Source: Eubacteriales bacterium (lineage in GTDB: Bacteria > Bacillota > Clostridia > Peptostreptococcales > Anaerovoracaceae). Taken from it: DNA of 64,000 nt. The notes beneath the pieces are model-generated. The model saw only the letters and a list, made by a program, of their open reading frames with translations. It did not search any database and was not told the origin of the DNA. Both the position numbers and the translations under genes were made by a program. Numbering within the stretch: the stretch's first letter is position 1; every line of letters begins with the position of its first letter. The stretch lies in contig JAQWBM010000004.1 in assembly GCA_028706405.1 (NCBI GenBank), positions 3,294-67,293 of the forward strand, given 5' to 3'. This document shows, one piece after another, positions 33,628-44,200 of this stretch.

Positions 33628-36285
33628 ATGAATATTTCGCAGATAGAAAATAATGTTAATGAATTACTTAGATTATTTAAGAAAGATACATTTATCTTTG
33701 ATTTATTACTTTCATATGGTGTTCCTAGGGCATCAATAACAAGACTCCAAAAAGGAAATATGAATCTTTCGAAAAATACTGGAGAAGTGATCTGGAAAAA
33801 GAAGCTTTTTTTTAAAGAGGTTTATGAAGAAGATATTCACAATTCCATTGATAAAATAAAGAATGAAAATAAATATATGATTTATGAACCTAGATTCGTT
33901 ATTGTTACAGATTATAAAACGATACTGGCTATTGATACCAGAACAAGTGAATCGCTTGATATTTCAATAAGCGATATTAATAAGCATTACGATTTTTTCT
34001 TGCCTTGGGCTGGTATGGAAAAAACTCAACTTCAAATTGAAAACCCTGCGGATGTAAAAGCAGCAGAGCGAATGGCTAGATTATATGATGAAATTAAAAA
34101 AAATAACCCAACTTCTACATATTATGAAACTCATAGATTAAATGTTTTCTTGTCTCGTTTGTTGTTTTGCTTCTTCGCTGAAGATACTGGAATTTTTAAA
34201 AATAAACTTTTCACAAAGTCCATAAACTCCTTTACTCAAATTGATGGTAGTGACTTAAATAGTTATTTAAATAAATTGTTTGAGGTTTTAGATACAAAAA
34301 CACGTTGCAATTTGCCTGTTTACCTGAAGGATTTTCCTTATGTAAATGGTGGCTTATTTAGAGACAATTATAATGCCCCATTATTTACAAAACGTTCACG
34401 TGAGGCAATTATTCATAGTGGTGAACTCAACTGGTCTGGTATTAATCCAGATATTTTTGGTTCAATGATTCAAGCGGTAGTGTCGCCAGAACATCGCAGT
34501 GGTTTTGGCATGCACTACACTTCGGTTACGAACATTATGAAAGTAATTAAGCCACTCTTTTTAGATAAACTTTATGAAGAATTCAATAAAAGTATCGATA
34601 ACATACACAGATTGAATAGTTTGAATGCAAGATTATCCAAAATTAAAGTATTCGATCCAGCTTGTGGCTCTGGCAATTTTCTAATAATTGCTTATAAAGA
34701 ACTTCGAAGATTAGAAATGAAGATATTTAAACAGTTAAATAAAATTGATAAGCAGCAATCCATATATTATTCGAAGATAAGTCTGTCTCAATTTTATGGA
34801 ATCGAATTGGATGATTTTGCACATGAAGTAGCTATTCTATCTTTGTGGTTAGCTGAACATCAAATGAATGTTGAATTCTATAACGAGTTTGGAAACACAA
34901 AACCGACTTTGCCATTGCAGGATGCAGGTAGAATTATACAAGGTAATGCAGCAATTTTATCTTGGAAGGATGTCTGTCCAGTCAAAGAAGGAGATGAAGT
35001 TTACATTTTAGGTAATCCTCCATATCTTGGAGCAAGGCTGCTAGATAAACATCAAAAAGATGATATGGCATACACCTTTACTGGGACAGGCATCAAGTTT
35101 AATGATTTAGATTATATTGCATGTTGGTTTTATAAGGGAGCTAAATATATAGAAGGTTTAAATGCCAAATTTGCTTTTGTTTCTACAAGCTCAATTTGCC
35201 AAGGAGCTCAGGTAAGTACCCTTTTTAAACATATCCTCAACGAACGACTTGAAATTGAATTCGCGAACCAACCGTTCAAGTGGTCTAATAACGCAAAGTC
35301 AAAGGCTGTGGTAAGTTGTGTCATTATTGGAATAAGAAATAAAGCTGATGATTTTAAGTATATTTATAACGATAAAGTGAGACTCAAAGTTAAAAATATT
35401 TCTCCGTATTTGGTTGAGGGAGATAGTATCTTTGTTTTAAGTAGAAGTAAGCCGATTTCTTCATTGCCACCTATGAGCTTTGGAAATATGCCGAATGACG
35501 GAGGGCATTTGTTATTAAATCAGGAAGAATACGATAAAATTGTATCTTCAAATCCAAAGGCTGTTGAGTTTATTCGTAAGTATCTAGGTTCACGAGAATT
35601 TATTAATAGAATTCCTAGATGGTGTATTTGGTTAACCAAGATGGATGAAAATAATTCAATACAAATTCCTGAAATTGAATCGAGGATAAATAAAGTTCAA
35701 GAGCACAGACTTAAGAGCGAGAGAGAATCCACCCGAAATCTTTCATATGTACCATATAGATTTGCAGAAGTTCGCCACAGGAATACAGATGCTATAATCA
35801 TACCCAGGCATTCATCGGAGTTAAGAGAGTATATACCTATGGGCTTCCTAAACCGAGATACAATAATAGGTGATTCCGCTTTAGCAATTTATGATTCTGA
35901 TCCATGGGTTTTTGGTGTTATAACTTCACATATTCATATGGTTTGGGTTAGAAGCGTCGGAGGTAGGTTAGAGTCTCGAATTAGGTACTCTGCAGACATA
36001 TGTTATAACACATTTCCGTTCCCGGAAGTATCTAAAAGTCAGAAGTCTGATATAACAAGACTTGTTTATCAAGTTTTAGAAGAGAGAGAAAATCACTCTG
36101 AGAAAACTCTTGCACAATTATATGACCCTGACAAAATGCCGCAAGGGTTACGTTTAGCCCATCAAAAACTGGATTTTGCAGTAGAAAAATGTTATCGCTC
36201 CAATCCATTCACCAATGATGAAGAACGCATAGAACATTTATTTAAGCTATATGAAAAAATGATAAAAGAAAAGCAGGTGAAGTAA
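33628..36285 (+). CDS. MmeI/YeeA-like N6-adenine DNA methyltransferase with target-recognition domain
   Basis: RLLFCFFAEDTG, INPDIFGSM, HYTS, motif I FDPACGSGNF, motif IV GNPPY, C-terminal RYS..CYNTFPFP and LYDPDKMP. Confidence 0.88.
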   Translation: MNISQIENNVNELLRLFKKDTFIFDLLLSYGVPRASITRLQKGNMNLSKNTGEVIWKKKLFFKEVYEEDIHNSIDKIKNENKYMIYEPRFVIVTDYKTILAIDTRTSESLDISISDINKHYDFFLPWAGMEKTQLQIENPADVKAAERMARLYDEIKKNNPTSTYYETHRLNVFLSRLLFCFFAEDTGIFKNKLFTKSINSFTQIDGSDLNSYLNKLFEVLDTKTRCNLPVYLKDFPYVNGGLFRDNYNAPLFTKRSREAIIHSGELNWSGINPDIFGSMIQAVVSPEHRSGFGMHYTSVTNIMKVIKPLFLDKLYEEFNKSIDNIHRLNSLNARLSKIKVFDPACGSGNFLIIAYKELRRLEMKIFKQLNKIDKQQSIYYSKISLSQFYGIELDDFAHEVAILSLWLAEHQMNVEFYNEFGNTKPTLPLQDAGRIIQGNAAILSWKDVCPVKEGDEVYILGNPPYLGARLLDKHQKDDMAYTFTGTGIKFNDLDYIACWFYKGAKYIEGLNAKFAFVSTSSICQGAQVSTLFKHILNERLEIEFANQPFKWSNNAKSKAVVSCVIIGIRNKADDFKYIYNDKVRLKVKNISPYLVEGDSIFVLSRSKPISSLPPMSFGNMPNDGGHLLLNQEEYDKIVSSNPKAVEFIRKYLGSREFINRIPRWCIWLTKMDENNSIQIPEIESRINKVQEHRLKSERESTRNLSYVPYRFAEVRHRNTDAIIIPRHSSELREYIPMGFLNRDTIIGDSALAIYDSDPWVFGVITSHIHMVWVRSVGGRLESRIRYSADICYNTFPFPEVSKSQKSDITRLVYQVLEERENHSEKTLAQLYDPDKMPQGLRLAHQKLDFAVEKCYRSNPFTNDEERIEHLFKLYEKMIKEKQVK

Positions 36286-36286
36286 A

Positions 36287-38212
36287 ATGCCGGATATTGT
36301 AAAAGTTTTTTATGAACAAAGTGGACAAAGCACAAAAACTAATAAATTAGGGATGCGTGAAATGCAAGAACGTGCATATGCGGCTAGAGATGCACAATAC
36401 CTATTGATAAAAGCCCCACCTGCATCTGGAAAATCTCGAGCACTTATGTTTATAGCCTTAGACAAACTTTTTGATCAAGGGCTGAAGAAGGTCATCGTTG
36501 CTGTTCCAGAAAAAACAATTGGTCGCTCTTTTGAAAGTACTAATTTAAAAAATTACGGTTTTTTTGAAAATTGGGAGGTAAATCCACTTTATAATCTTTG
36601 TACACCTGGGGGTGATAAAAGTAAGGTGCAAACATTTAAGAGTTTTTTAGAAAGTGATGAGACAATTTTAATCTGTACGCACTCGACTCTTCGTTTTGCA
36701 TTTGAAGAAATAGAAGAACAAAGGTTTAATGATCTATTATTAGCTATCGACGAATTTCATCATGTATCAACAGATGGTGATAATAAGTTGGGTGAACTAT
36801 TACGTGCGATAATGAGTAAATCAACAGCTCATATTATTGCAATGACGGGTTCATATTTTCGTGGTGATAGTATGCCGGTTTTGATACCGGAAGATGAAGC
36901 CAAATTTACTAAAGTTACATATAATTATTATGAACAGTTAAATGGCTATAATTATTTGAAGTCTTTAGGTATAGGGTATCATTTTTACCAAGGTAAATAT
37001 ACTTCAGCTATAAATGAAGTCTTGGATACTGATAAAAAGACTATTCTTCATATTCCAAATGTAAATTCAGGCGAATCTACGAAAGATAAGCACAATGAAG
37101 TTGATGCAATTCTTGATATGATTGGTGATGTGTCACATCAGGATAACGAAACCGGCGTTATTTATATAATACGTCATAATGATGGAAAGATAATTAAAGT
37201 TGCAGATCTTGTTGATGATAGCCCCAGAGAAAGAGAACGTATAGTAGATTATCTTCGAAAAATGAAATCTCTTGAAGATATGGATTTAATAATTGCACTT
37301 GGGATGGCTAAAGAAGGATTTGATTGGCCTTATTGTGAGCATGCATTAACTGTTGGTTACAGAGGATCATTAACAGAGATCATTCAAATTATTGGAAGAT
37401 GTACTAGGGATAGTAGTAACAAGACTCATGCTCAATTTACAAATCTTATTGCACAACCTGATGCGACAGATGAACTGGTAAAGCTTTCCGTAAACAATAT
37501 GTTAAAAGCGATTACTGCGTCATTGCTGATGGAGCAAGTTCTCGCCCCAAGTTTTAAATTTAAAACTAGAGTCGTTGGTGATGAAGAAGTTAAACCAGGA
37601 GAAATTAGAATCTGGGGTTTGAGAGAACCTACGTCAAAACGTGTAAAAGAGATTATTGAATCTGATTTAGATGATTTGAAGGCAAGCATTTTACAAGATG
37701 ATAAGATGATAAAAGCTATGCCAGGTAATGTAGAACCAGAAGTGATAAATAAAGTTTTAATACCTAAGATTATTCAGGTGAAATATCCAGAATTATCAGA
37801 GGAAGAAATTGAAGAATTGCGTCAGCACGTTGTCGTAGATTCAGTGATAAAAAATGGAGAAGTTAAAGAAACTGGCGATAAACGATTTATTAGAATGGCA
37901 GGTCAATTTGTTAATATAGATGATTTGCATATTGATTTAATAGATAGCATAAATCCTTTTCAAAAGGCTTTTGAGATTTTATCAAAGTCTGTAACTACAC
38001 AGGTTCTAAAGGTAATTCAGGAAACTATTGAAGCAACGCGTATTCAAATGAGCGAAGAAGAAGCTATTTTATTGTGGCCTAAAATAAACCATTTTATAAA
38101 AACGAGGAATACTCAACCAAGGATTAATTCAACTGATCCTCTTGAAAAGAGACTCGCTGAAGCAATTATTTTTTTAAAAGAACTAAAAAGGAAGATGATA
38201 CAAAATGGATAG
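36287..38212 (+). CDS. SF2 DEAD/DEAH helicase-like ATPase (YeeB-like)
   Basis: Walker A APPASGKS, Walker B DEFHH, MTGS, QIIGRCTR. Confidence 0.85.
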   Translation: MPDIVKVFYEQSGQSTKTNKLGMREMQERAYAARDAQYLLIKAPPASGKSRALMFIALDKLFDQGLKKVIVAVPEKTIGRSFESTNLKNYGFFENWEVNPLYNLCTPGGDKSKVQTFKSFLESDETILICTHSTLRFAFEEIEEQRFNDLLLAIDEFHHVSTDGDNKLGELLRAIMSKSTAHIIAMTGSYFRGDSMPVLIPEDEAKFTKVTYNYYEQLNGYNYLKSLGIGYHFYQGKYTSAINEVLDTDKKTILHIPNVNSGESTKDKHNEVDAILDMIGDVSHQDNETGVIYIIRHNDGKIIKVADLVDDSPRERERIVDYLRKMKSLEDMDLIIALGMAKEGFDWPYCEHALTVGYRGSLTEIIQIIGRCTRDSSNKTHAQFTNLIAQPDATDELVKLSVNNMLKAITASLLMEQVLAPSFKFKTRVVGDEEVKPGEIRIWGLREPTSKRVKEIIESDLDDLKASILQDDKMIKAMPGNVEPEVINKVLIPKIIQVKYPELSEEEIEELRQHVVVDSVIKNGEVKETGDKRFIRMAGQFVNIDDLHIDLIDSINPFQKAFEILSKSVTTQVLKVIQETIEATRIQMSEEEAILLWPKINHFIKTRNTQPRINSTDPLEKRLAEAIIFLKELKRKMIQNG

Positions 38213-39368
38213 CAATTCGCAAAAGCTAAAAGAGATTTTTGAAGATGACCCATATGATTTACTTGAAATAAAACCTAAAATTACGCAAGCTAAGAGCGAA
38301 GATTCAAGGCTTATTGACTCTTTTAATGAAATTATGGATTTTTATTATCAATATAATAGAGAACCAGATCTCGGAGCTGATATTTCAGAAAGAACGCTTT
38401 ACTATAGATTAAAAGCTATTCGAGAAAATAAAGAGAAAACAAACTTACTGCTTAAATATGACTCATATAACCTATTAGATGAAGCAGTAGAGGATGATGT
38501 GAAATCAATTGATGAAATTTTTAGTAATGATTATTTTGGAATTTTAAATTGTGAAGCAGATGATGTATTCGAACTTAAACATGTTCCTAAAGAAACAACG
38601 ATGCCAGAATATGTAGCAAGCAGAAAAAAATGTACCGATTTTGAAAAATATGAGCCTCTTTTAAAAGAATGTCAATTAGATATTAAATCTGGAAAGCGAC
38701 GACTGAAGCCATTTAAAAATGAACAGCAAATAGAGAAAGGATATTTCTTTATTCTAAAAGGCGTTCTTCTATACATTGCTGATATCGGTGAGCGTGAATC
38801 AATAAAAGGCAAAATTAATGCTAGGCTCCGATGTATATTTGAAAATGGAACGGAATCCGATATGCTACTGCGTTCGTTGTCGGCGGAACTTTATAAGAAT
38901 GGAAGAAGAGTTACAGAGCATAGTGATAGGCTTCTTGATAATTTTTACAATATTACAGATGAGGATAGAGAGTCAGGTTATATCTACATTTTAAAGACAA
39001 AAAGTGACAGACCTGAGATAAAAGTAATCGAAAATTTATATAAAATTGGATACTCAAGAATACCAGTCGAAGAAAGAGTTAAAAATGCTGAACAAGAGCC
39101 AACTTATTTAATGGCACCTGTATCAATCATATCTGTTTATAAATGTTATAATATGAATCCACAAAAATTTGAACAGTTACTACATAATTTCTTTGGAAAT
39201 TCATGCTTGAATATTGATATATATGATAGAAATGGATTAAGACATACACCAAGAGAATGGTTTGTTGCAGATCTTTCCATTATTGAGGAAGCCATTCAAC
39301 TAATAATTAGTGGAAAGATTGTTGCTTATAAATATGATTCCTTGCAACAGATAATTATTGAAAAATAA
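38205..39368 (+). CDS. GIY-YIG / T5orf172-family nuclease (YeeC-like)
   Basis: SGYIYIL..., LYKIGYS, EQLLHNFF, PREWF; start overlaps the helicase stop. Confidence 0.82.
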   Translation: MDSNSQKLKEIFEDDPYDLLEIKPKITQAKSEDSRLIDSFNEIMDFYYQYNREPDLGADISERTLYYRLKAIRENKEKTNLLLKYDSYNLLDEAVEDDVKSIDEIFSNDYFGILNCEADDVFELKHVPKETTMPEYVASRKKCTDFEKYEPLLKECQLDIKSGKRRLKPFKNEQQIEKGYFFILKGVLLYIADIGERESIKGKINARLRCIFENGTESDMLLRSLSAELYKNGRRVTEHSDRLLDNFYNITDEDRESGYIYILKTKSDRPEIKVIENLYKIGYSRIPVEERVKNAEQEPTYLMAPVSIISVYKCYNMNPQKFEQLLHNFFGNSCLNIDIYDRNGLRHTPREWFVADLSIIEEAIQLIISGKIVAYKYDSLQQIIIEK

Positions 39369-39454
39369 TATGTTATTACATGGTATTGAATATTCAGATG
39401 AAATTGAGTGGTAGAAGTAATATAATAAAAGAAAAACCAAGGAGGACAAACCTT

Positions 39455-39634
39455 ATGAAAAATTGTGAAATGAAACTGAACGGTAATATACTGACTATAA
39501 CGGTTGATATCTCAAAGGAATTCGGAGTATCATCTTCCGGGAAGAGCATTATTATCGGTTCTACCGAAGGCAATGTTTCTATACCAGAAAAAGACGATAT
39601 TAAAATCGGTCTGAATGTTTACAGAAAGGCTTAA
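39455..39634 (+). CDS. Small hypothetical protein
   Basis: 59 aa from ATG 39455 behind GGAGG. Confidence 0.65.
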   Translation: MKNCEMKLNGNILTITVDISKEFGVSSSGKSIIIGSTEGNVSIPEKDDIKIGLNVYRKA

Positions 39635-39649
39635 GGAATTGAGGTTACA

Positions 39650-39949
39650 ATGAGATACTCAGAACTCGAATTAAAGCGGCTTTTTAATAAAGGTCATGAA
39701 AACTTATCTACTGAAGAAGAAATTGCCGCCAATATCCTAAACTTTATAAGCTGCATTCATTTGAACAAGCAAGATTTCTACAGCGAGCCTTTTAATTCGC
39801 AGTATTTTGGTGAACTGGAGATGGATTTCCAAAAGCCCGGGAACTGCTTGATCGGGAGTTGCAGAGTTCATATAAAAATACAGGACAAGATTCTTTTTTA
39901 TCTATTCACAGAAAATGGGTTCGAGGAGTTAAAAGATGTAGTAGTGTAG
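39650..39949 (+). CDS. Hypothetical protein
   Basis: 99-aa ORF behind GAGG. Confidence 0.6.
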   Translation: MRYSELELKRLFNKGHENLSTEEEIAANILNFISCIHLNKQDFYSEPFNSQYFGELEMDFQKPGNCLIGSCRVHIKIQDKILFYLFTENGFEELKDVVV

Positions 39950-40089
39950 ATGTGGTCTCATTTGATCGGAAATATATTCAAAGAAAAGGTTATAGAATTG
40001 TTTTAATGGTTATTATGGAATAATTGAAAGCCAATCCCATAATACCCGTAAATATTGTAATAGTGTTTTTGTAATTTGGAGGTGTTAAT

Positions 40090-40254
40090 ATGGCATTAAT
40101 GAGATGCCCTGCTTGTGGAAATCAAGTATCGTCAAATGCAACTACGTGTCCCCAATGTGGACATCCACTAAAGAAAGGTGGGGGAGGGCTAACTTTTTGG
40201 GGTGTGGTAGGAGCGATTATTGTTGCGGTAATAATTATTTCAGTAGTCGGATAA
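40090..40254 (+). CDS. 54-aa zinc-ribbon membrane microprotein (not in ORF track)
   Basis: MALMRCPACGNQVSSNATTCPQCGHPLKKGGGGLTFWGVVGAIIVAVIIISVVG*; GGAGGT RBS; TAATG overlap with the next gene. Confidence 0.8.
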   Translation: MALMRCPACGNQVSSNATTCPQCGHPLKKGGGGLTFWGVVGAIIVAVIIISVVG

Positions 40255-40646
40255 TGAAAAAGAAGTATAAAAATCTAATTACTTTGCTGGGCTCAATGCT
40301 ATTTTATGTGATAAATAGCAATATAGAAATAAATAGCAGGGTTGATTTGATAAATATTTTCTTTAAAAATTATTTTAACGATATGCTTGCTTCGATAGTA
40401 TTGCTATCATATTCAAATTTCCTGTTACTGCTTATAAATAAAGAACTCAGGAAATTAAGATACATATATTTGATTATTTTAATATGTGGTGTCATATGGG
40501 AGATTATCACTCCAATATTTAGAAGAAACAGTATATGCGATCTTTATGATTTTTTAGCATACTTTGTTGGAGCTACAATATATTGCTTTATCAATCAGGG
40601 AATTGCTAAGCGTACTAAAACTCCGAATGCTCCGCAGAATGAATAA
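40254..40646 (+). CDS. Small multi-pass membrane protein
   Basis: Start reassigned to ATG 40254 (MKKKYKNL...); several hydrophobic segments with FNDMLA, WEIITP, DLYDFLAY. Confidence 0.65.
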   Translation: MKKKYKNLITLLGSMLFYVINSNIEINSRVDLINIFFKNYFNDMLASIVLLSYSNFLLLLINKELRKLRYIYLIILICGVIWEIITPIFRRNSICDLYDFLAYFVGATIYCFINQGIAKRTKTPNAPQNE

Positions 40647-40893
40647 ATGTTTTTGCCGGAATAAAATTTCCAAAAGGGTTGCCTGTCCATGTACTGGCGG
40701 ATGGGAGATTGGGAATTTCACTGGTTTTCAGTAGTGGCTCCGACAATCGGTAGACAAAAGTTCCTGGCATTATTCGGATAAAATGTAACGGTAGATATTA
40801 AACAGTAGAAACAGCAGCAGAATGGGTTTGGGATGTTGCGGGATGCTGTGAAATAGGAGTGCTTTATATCAAAATCGGAAGGGTGGTCTGATT

Positions 40894-41151
40894 ATGGAAA
40901 AACAAATTGATATTACAAATCGATTTAGCAGTGAAATCGGGGACATAGCTTATATTCTACAGGGGTTAAAGACTGGAAGAATATATGGTTATAATGGCAA
41001 TTGTTCTAAAAGCGATGGTTCACTGGAAACAAATGTTGAAAAGCTTGAGAAGGCAATCAGTGAGCTAATTCATAAGATTGAATATGGAAAAGATTCCGAT
41101 TCAGAAAAATTAGCAAAGGCATTTTATCTACATAACACCGATGATAAATAA
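40894..41151 (+). CDS. Hypothetical protein
   Basis: 85-aa ORF behind GGGTGG. Confidence 0.55.
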   Translation: MEKQIDITNRFSSEIGDIAYILQGLKTGRIYGYNGNCSKSDGSLETNVEKLEKAISELIHKIEYGKDSDSEKLAKAFYLHNTDDK

Positions 41152-41187
41152 TATGATGACCGGAATGTAAAATCATGGGGAAAACCA

Positions 41188-41266
41188 TAGAAATTTCTTG
41201 AGTGTCTGATATAATTGAATAATGGAAGTTGCAGAGAACTGGGAGGAAACTTTCGGTTCTTTTTTT
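41188..41266 (+). promoter_or_regulatory. Extended -10 promoter followed by a leader terminator, upstream of the RNA polymerase gene
   Basis: TGnTATAAT at 41207-41215; hairpin AGAACTG-GGAG-GAAA-CTTT-CGGTTCT followed by T6 (41235-41266). Confidence 0.65.
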
Positions 41267-41286
41267 ATATGTGGTGGGAGATTTTT

Positions 41287-44200
41287 ATGAGTAGCAAAGA
41301 TGATACTAGGCTGAATGAGACCGCTAATGAAGCCAATGATGACGGCGATAATAAAATGATGTATGAAATACTAAAATTCAAAAATCAGGATATAGAGGAA
41401 ACCGTCGTAGAGGAAACTGGAGAGAAAAGTTTTTGCATATCTATTTCAGAAGATAAGCTTGATAAAAAAACTACACTTGTTCGGGAAAGCGAAATTATTA
41501 GAATCATAAAAGCATTGGACATAGATGACTGCAAGCCAAGAAAAGATAAAAATGGAAGGGATAGCGATTTCCCATTTGTTAAAGATTTAATTGCAATAAA
41601 TGTATCCACCAAACAATATAAGAAAAATAATGAAGGCATAATTACCCTTAAAATTGAAAAGAAAGTCGGATCAAAAACCAGAAAAAAAGAGTATCGCTTT
41701 ATAAGATTACTAGCCAGCACGAGCAACATTAGAAATAAAAAAATTATATATATTAAAGAGAATTTATACGATAAGGTAAATGAGATTTTACTATGTGGTA
41801 TGCCTACTGATATGGAGCATAAACAATTTAGCAAGTATTCTGCCTATTATGCTTTAGCTTCAACAGACAGCATTCCTGTTACAATGCCCAACCTTGTTGT
41901 TATTAATGATTATAAAAATAGAATTACCGGTGCTTGTGACTTGGTTCAGGAAGAAATAATTAAAGGCGAACAGAGGTTTCGTAAAAGTACAGGAAAGCCA
42001 TTGTTAGATAAAAAGACTGGAGAACCAAAATTTAAGAATGATACGATAAAATATAGCGTTGACAATAATATTAATCATATAATTGAAGAAAATAAACCCT
42101 TTGATGGTGCAGGACTGGTTGATGTTTCGTTGGCAAATATATGGGCAGCCGAAATGCATCTGGATTATTTACCGTCAGCATTTCAATTCAGAGCAATTCC
42201 AGGTATAAAAGGGAATCTTTATGTGTTTGATTTTCAGAAATTTGCTGATGAATTTCATAATAATGTAAGAAAGGACAAATCAAATAAAATAGTAATTCAA
42301 GATGCATGGAATAAGGAAATACAGCTGTTAAATGAAGATGGCTCCTTGGCGATCAATGTTATTTTAACCAAGAGCCAATATAAATTCTATGATTATTTAG
42401 ATTTTGATACATGGAAAGAAGAGTTTGTAAAGGAATGTTATGGATATAAAAGAACATTCAATATTTCGGGTAGATCGGTCAAATTTGAAGATATTAAGCG
42501 TGAAGTGCTTCTGAGTTACCAACCGCTTCAAAGTTTGGATATTAGCTTGGCAGAAATCCAAAAATTATGCGAATGTACAGTTGAAAGAATCAAAAAGATA
42601 AGCACTAATGTCAAAGAATTTCTGAAATACAGAGGCTTGTTGGACGCTGAGGAAAATGAAAGAGGCGAAAGGAAATCCAAGAGAGATATTCCTCCATATT
42701 ACAAAGCGTTAATGAAGAATCCAGAGATGTTGTTTGCAGATAAATACATTCAGAGTAAGGTTCAGAGTGACATTAAGAGGTTCAAGGAAAACACGTACAA
42801 AGGGGCTGTGCTAGTACCGGGCAACTATCAGACGCTTATGCCGGATATCTTCGCACTTGCTCAATGGGCGTTTGGGATAATGCCAACTGGATTGCTTGTG
42901 GGAGATCAAGTGTATAGCAGATATTGGTTAAGCCAAAAGGTAACCGAAATTGATATCATTCGATTCCCCCATATTGCTAATGAACATAGCATTGGTAAGG
43001 TTGTTGATATAAATAAATCAGAGACAATAAAAACTTATTATAAGTATGCCACGGAAGGAATCATAACGGCTATTGATTCATTCATACCGTTAAAAGCCAA
43101 TAGCGCAGACTTTGATGGGGATCATGTCTTAACAAATTCTAGTGCCGTTTTAATTGATATGTATAAAAGCCAAAAAAGTAACACAGTAGTACATATACCG
43201 GCAAATAGAGATGAAAACACTGAAAAGAAAGCATATAAAATCAATGACATGACCAAGACAATTGATACTGATATTAATGGAATGAGCAATTCTATCGGTA
43301 GAGTTGTAAATCAAATTACTAGACTGTGGAGCCAGGAAAAATCACCTGAAGTTTTGGATTATATTAAAATCATGAATGTAATTGGAAGTCTAACGATTGA
43401 TTTTGTTAAAACAGGAGAGAAGGCTGCTATCCCTACAGATATAAAAAAGTATTTGCAAAATGTTAAAAAACCAGATTTTATGAGGGTTATTTATCCAAAG
43501 ATAGAACGAAAGGAAAAGGACACAAATAGAATTAGAAGAATTAATAAGCAAGCGGAAATTAGGTTATTTGGGAGCACTGATTGTACGATGAACAGAATAT
43601 ATAAGTACATGAAGAGTGAACTTGAACAAATTAAAATAGAACATGATGAAAGCGAGTTTGAATACAAAATTCTTATGGAAAACTCAAAACCGAATATTGC
43701 TGGGAATAAGTCCTATCCAATGATTGTCGAGACATTACTGGAATTGAAAAAGGAATATAATTCAATTGTGCAAGGGAATTCTATGGATGACGAAAGCGAT
43801 GAATATAATGACGAAAAGAAGCAAGATCATGATTATAAATTCAGGATTTTTAATTCATATGCAAGAAAAACGTTGCTGACGTTATGTACTCCCAAAAATC
43901 AGATGACAAAGGAAAAGCTGCTCGACTATCTTGTTTATGCTCATTACTACGATAAAACATTTGCTAATAATGAGGATAGAAATATAATTTGGAACTGCTT
44001 CGGAAGAGAATTTAATGAGAGGTTAGAGTACGGTACAAATACCAAGTTCAAGGAAATTGATCATGAGGCCAATGAAAAGTCACTTAAAAAACAAAAAAGT
44101 ATTATTCACAGAATAAAATCCGATAATAAAACAGTTATCATAACGAGCTTGCGGCCAAACGAAGGCGATCCTCAAAAAGAAATTACAATATTTCAGAGCG

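Noticed and set aside
33628-39368. DISARM, BREX or classical type I/III restriction-modification
   Set aside because: No phospholipase D, DUF1998, PglZ, BrxC, HsdS or Res subunit is recognisable; the architecture fits YeeABC.
40647-40893. Hidden ORF or pseudogene in the gap
   Set aside because: All + frames checked hit stops within about 35 codons and no family resemblance was recognised.
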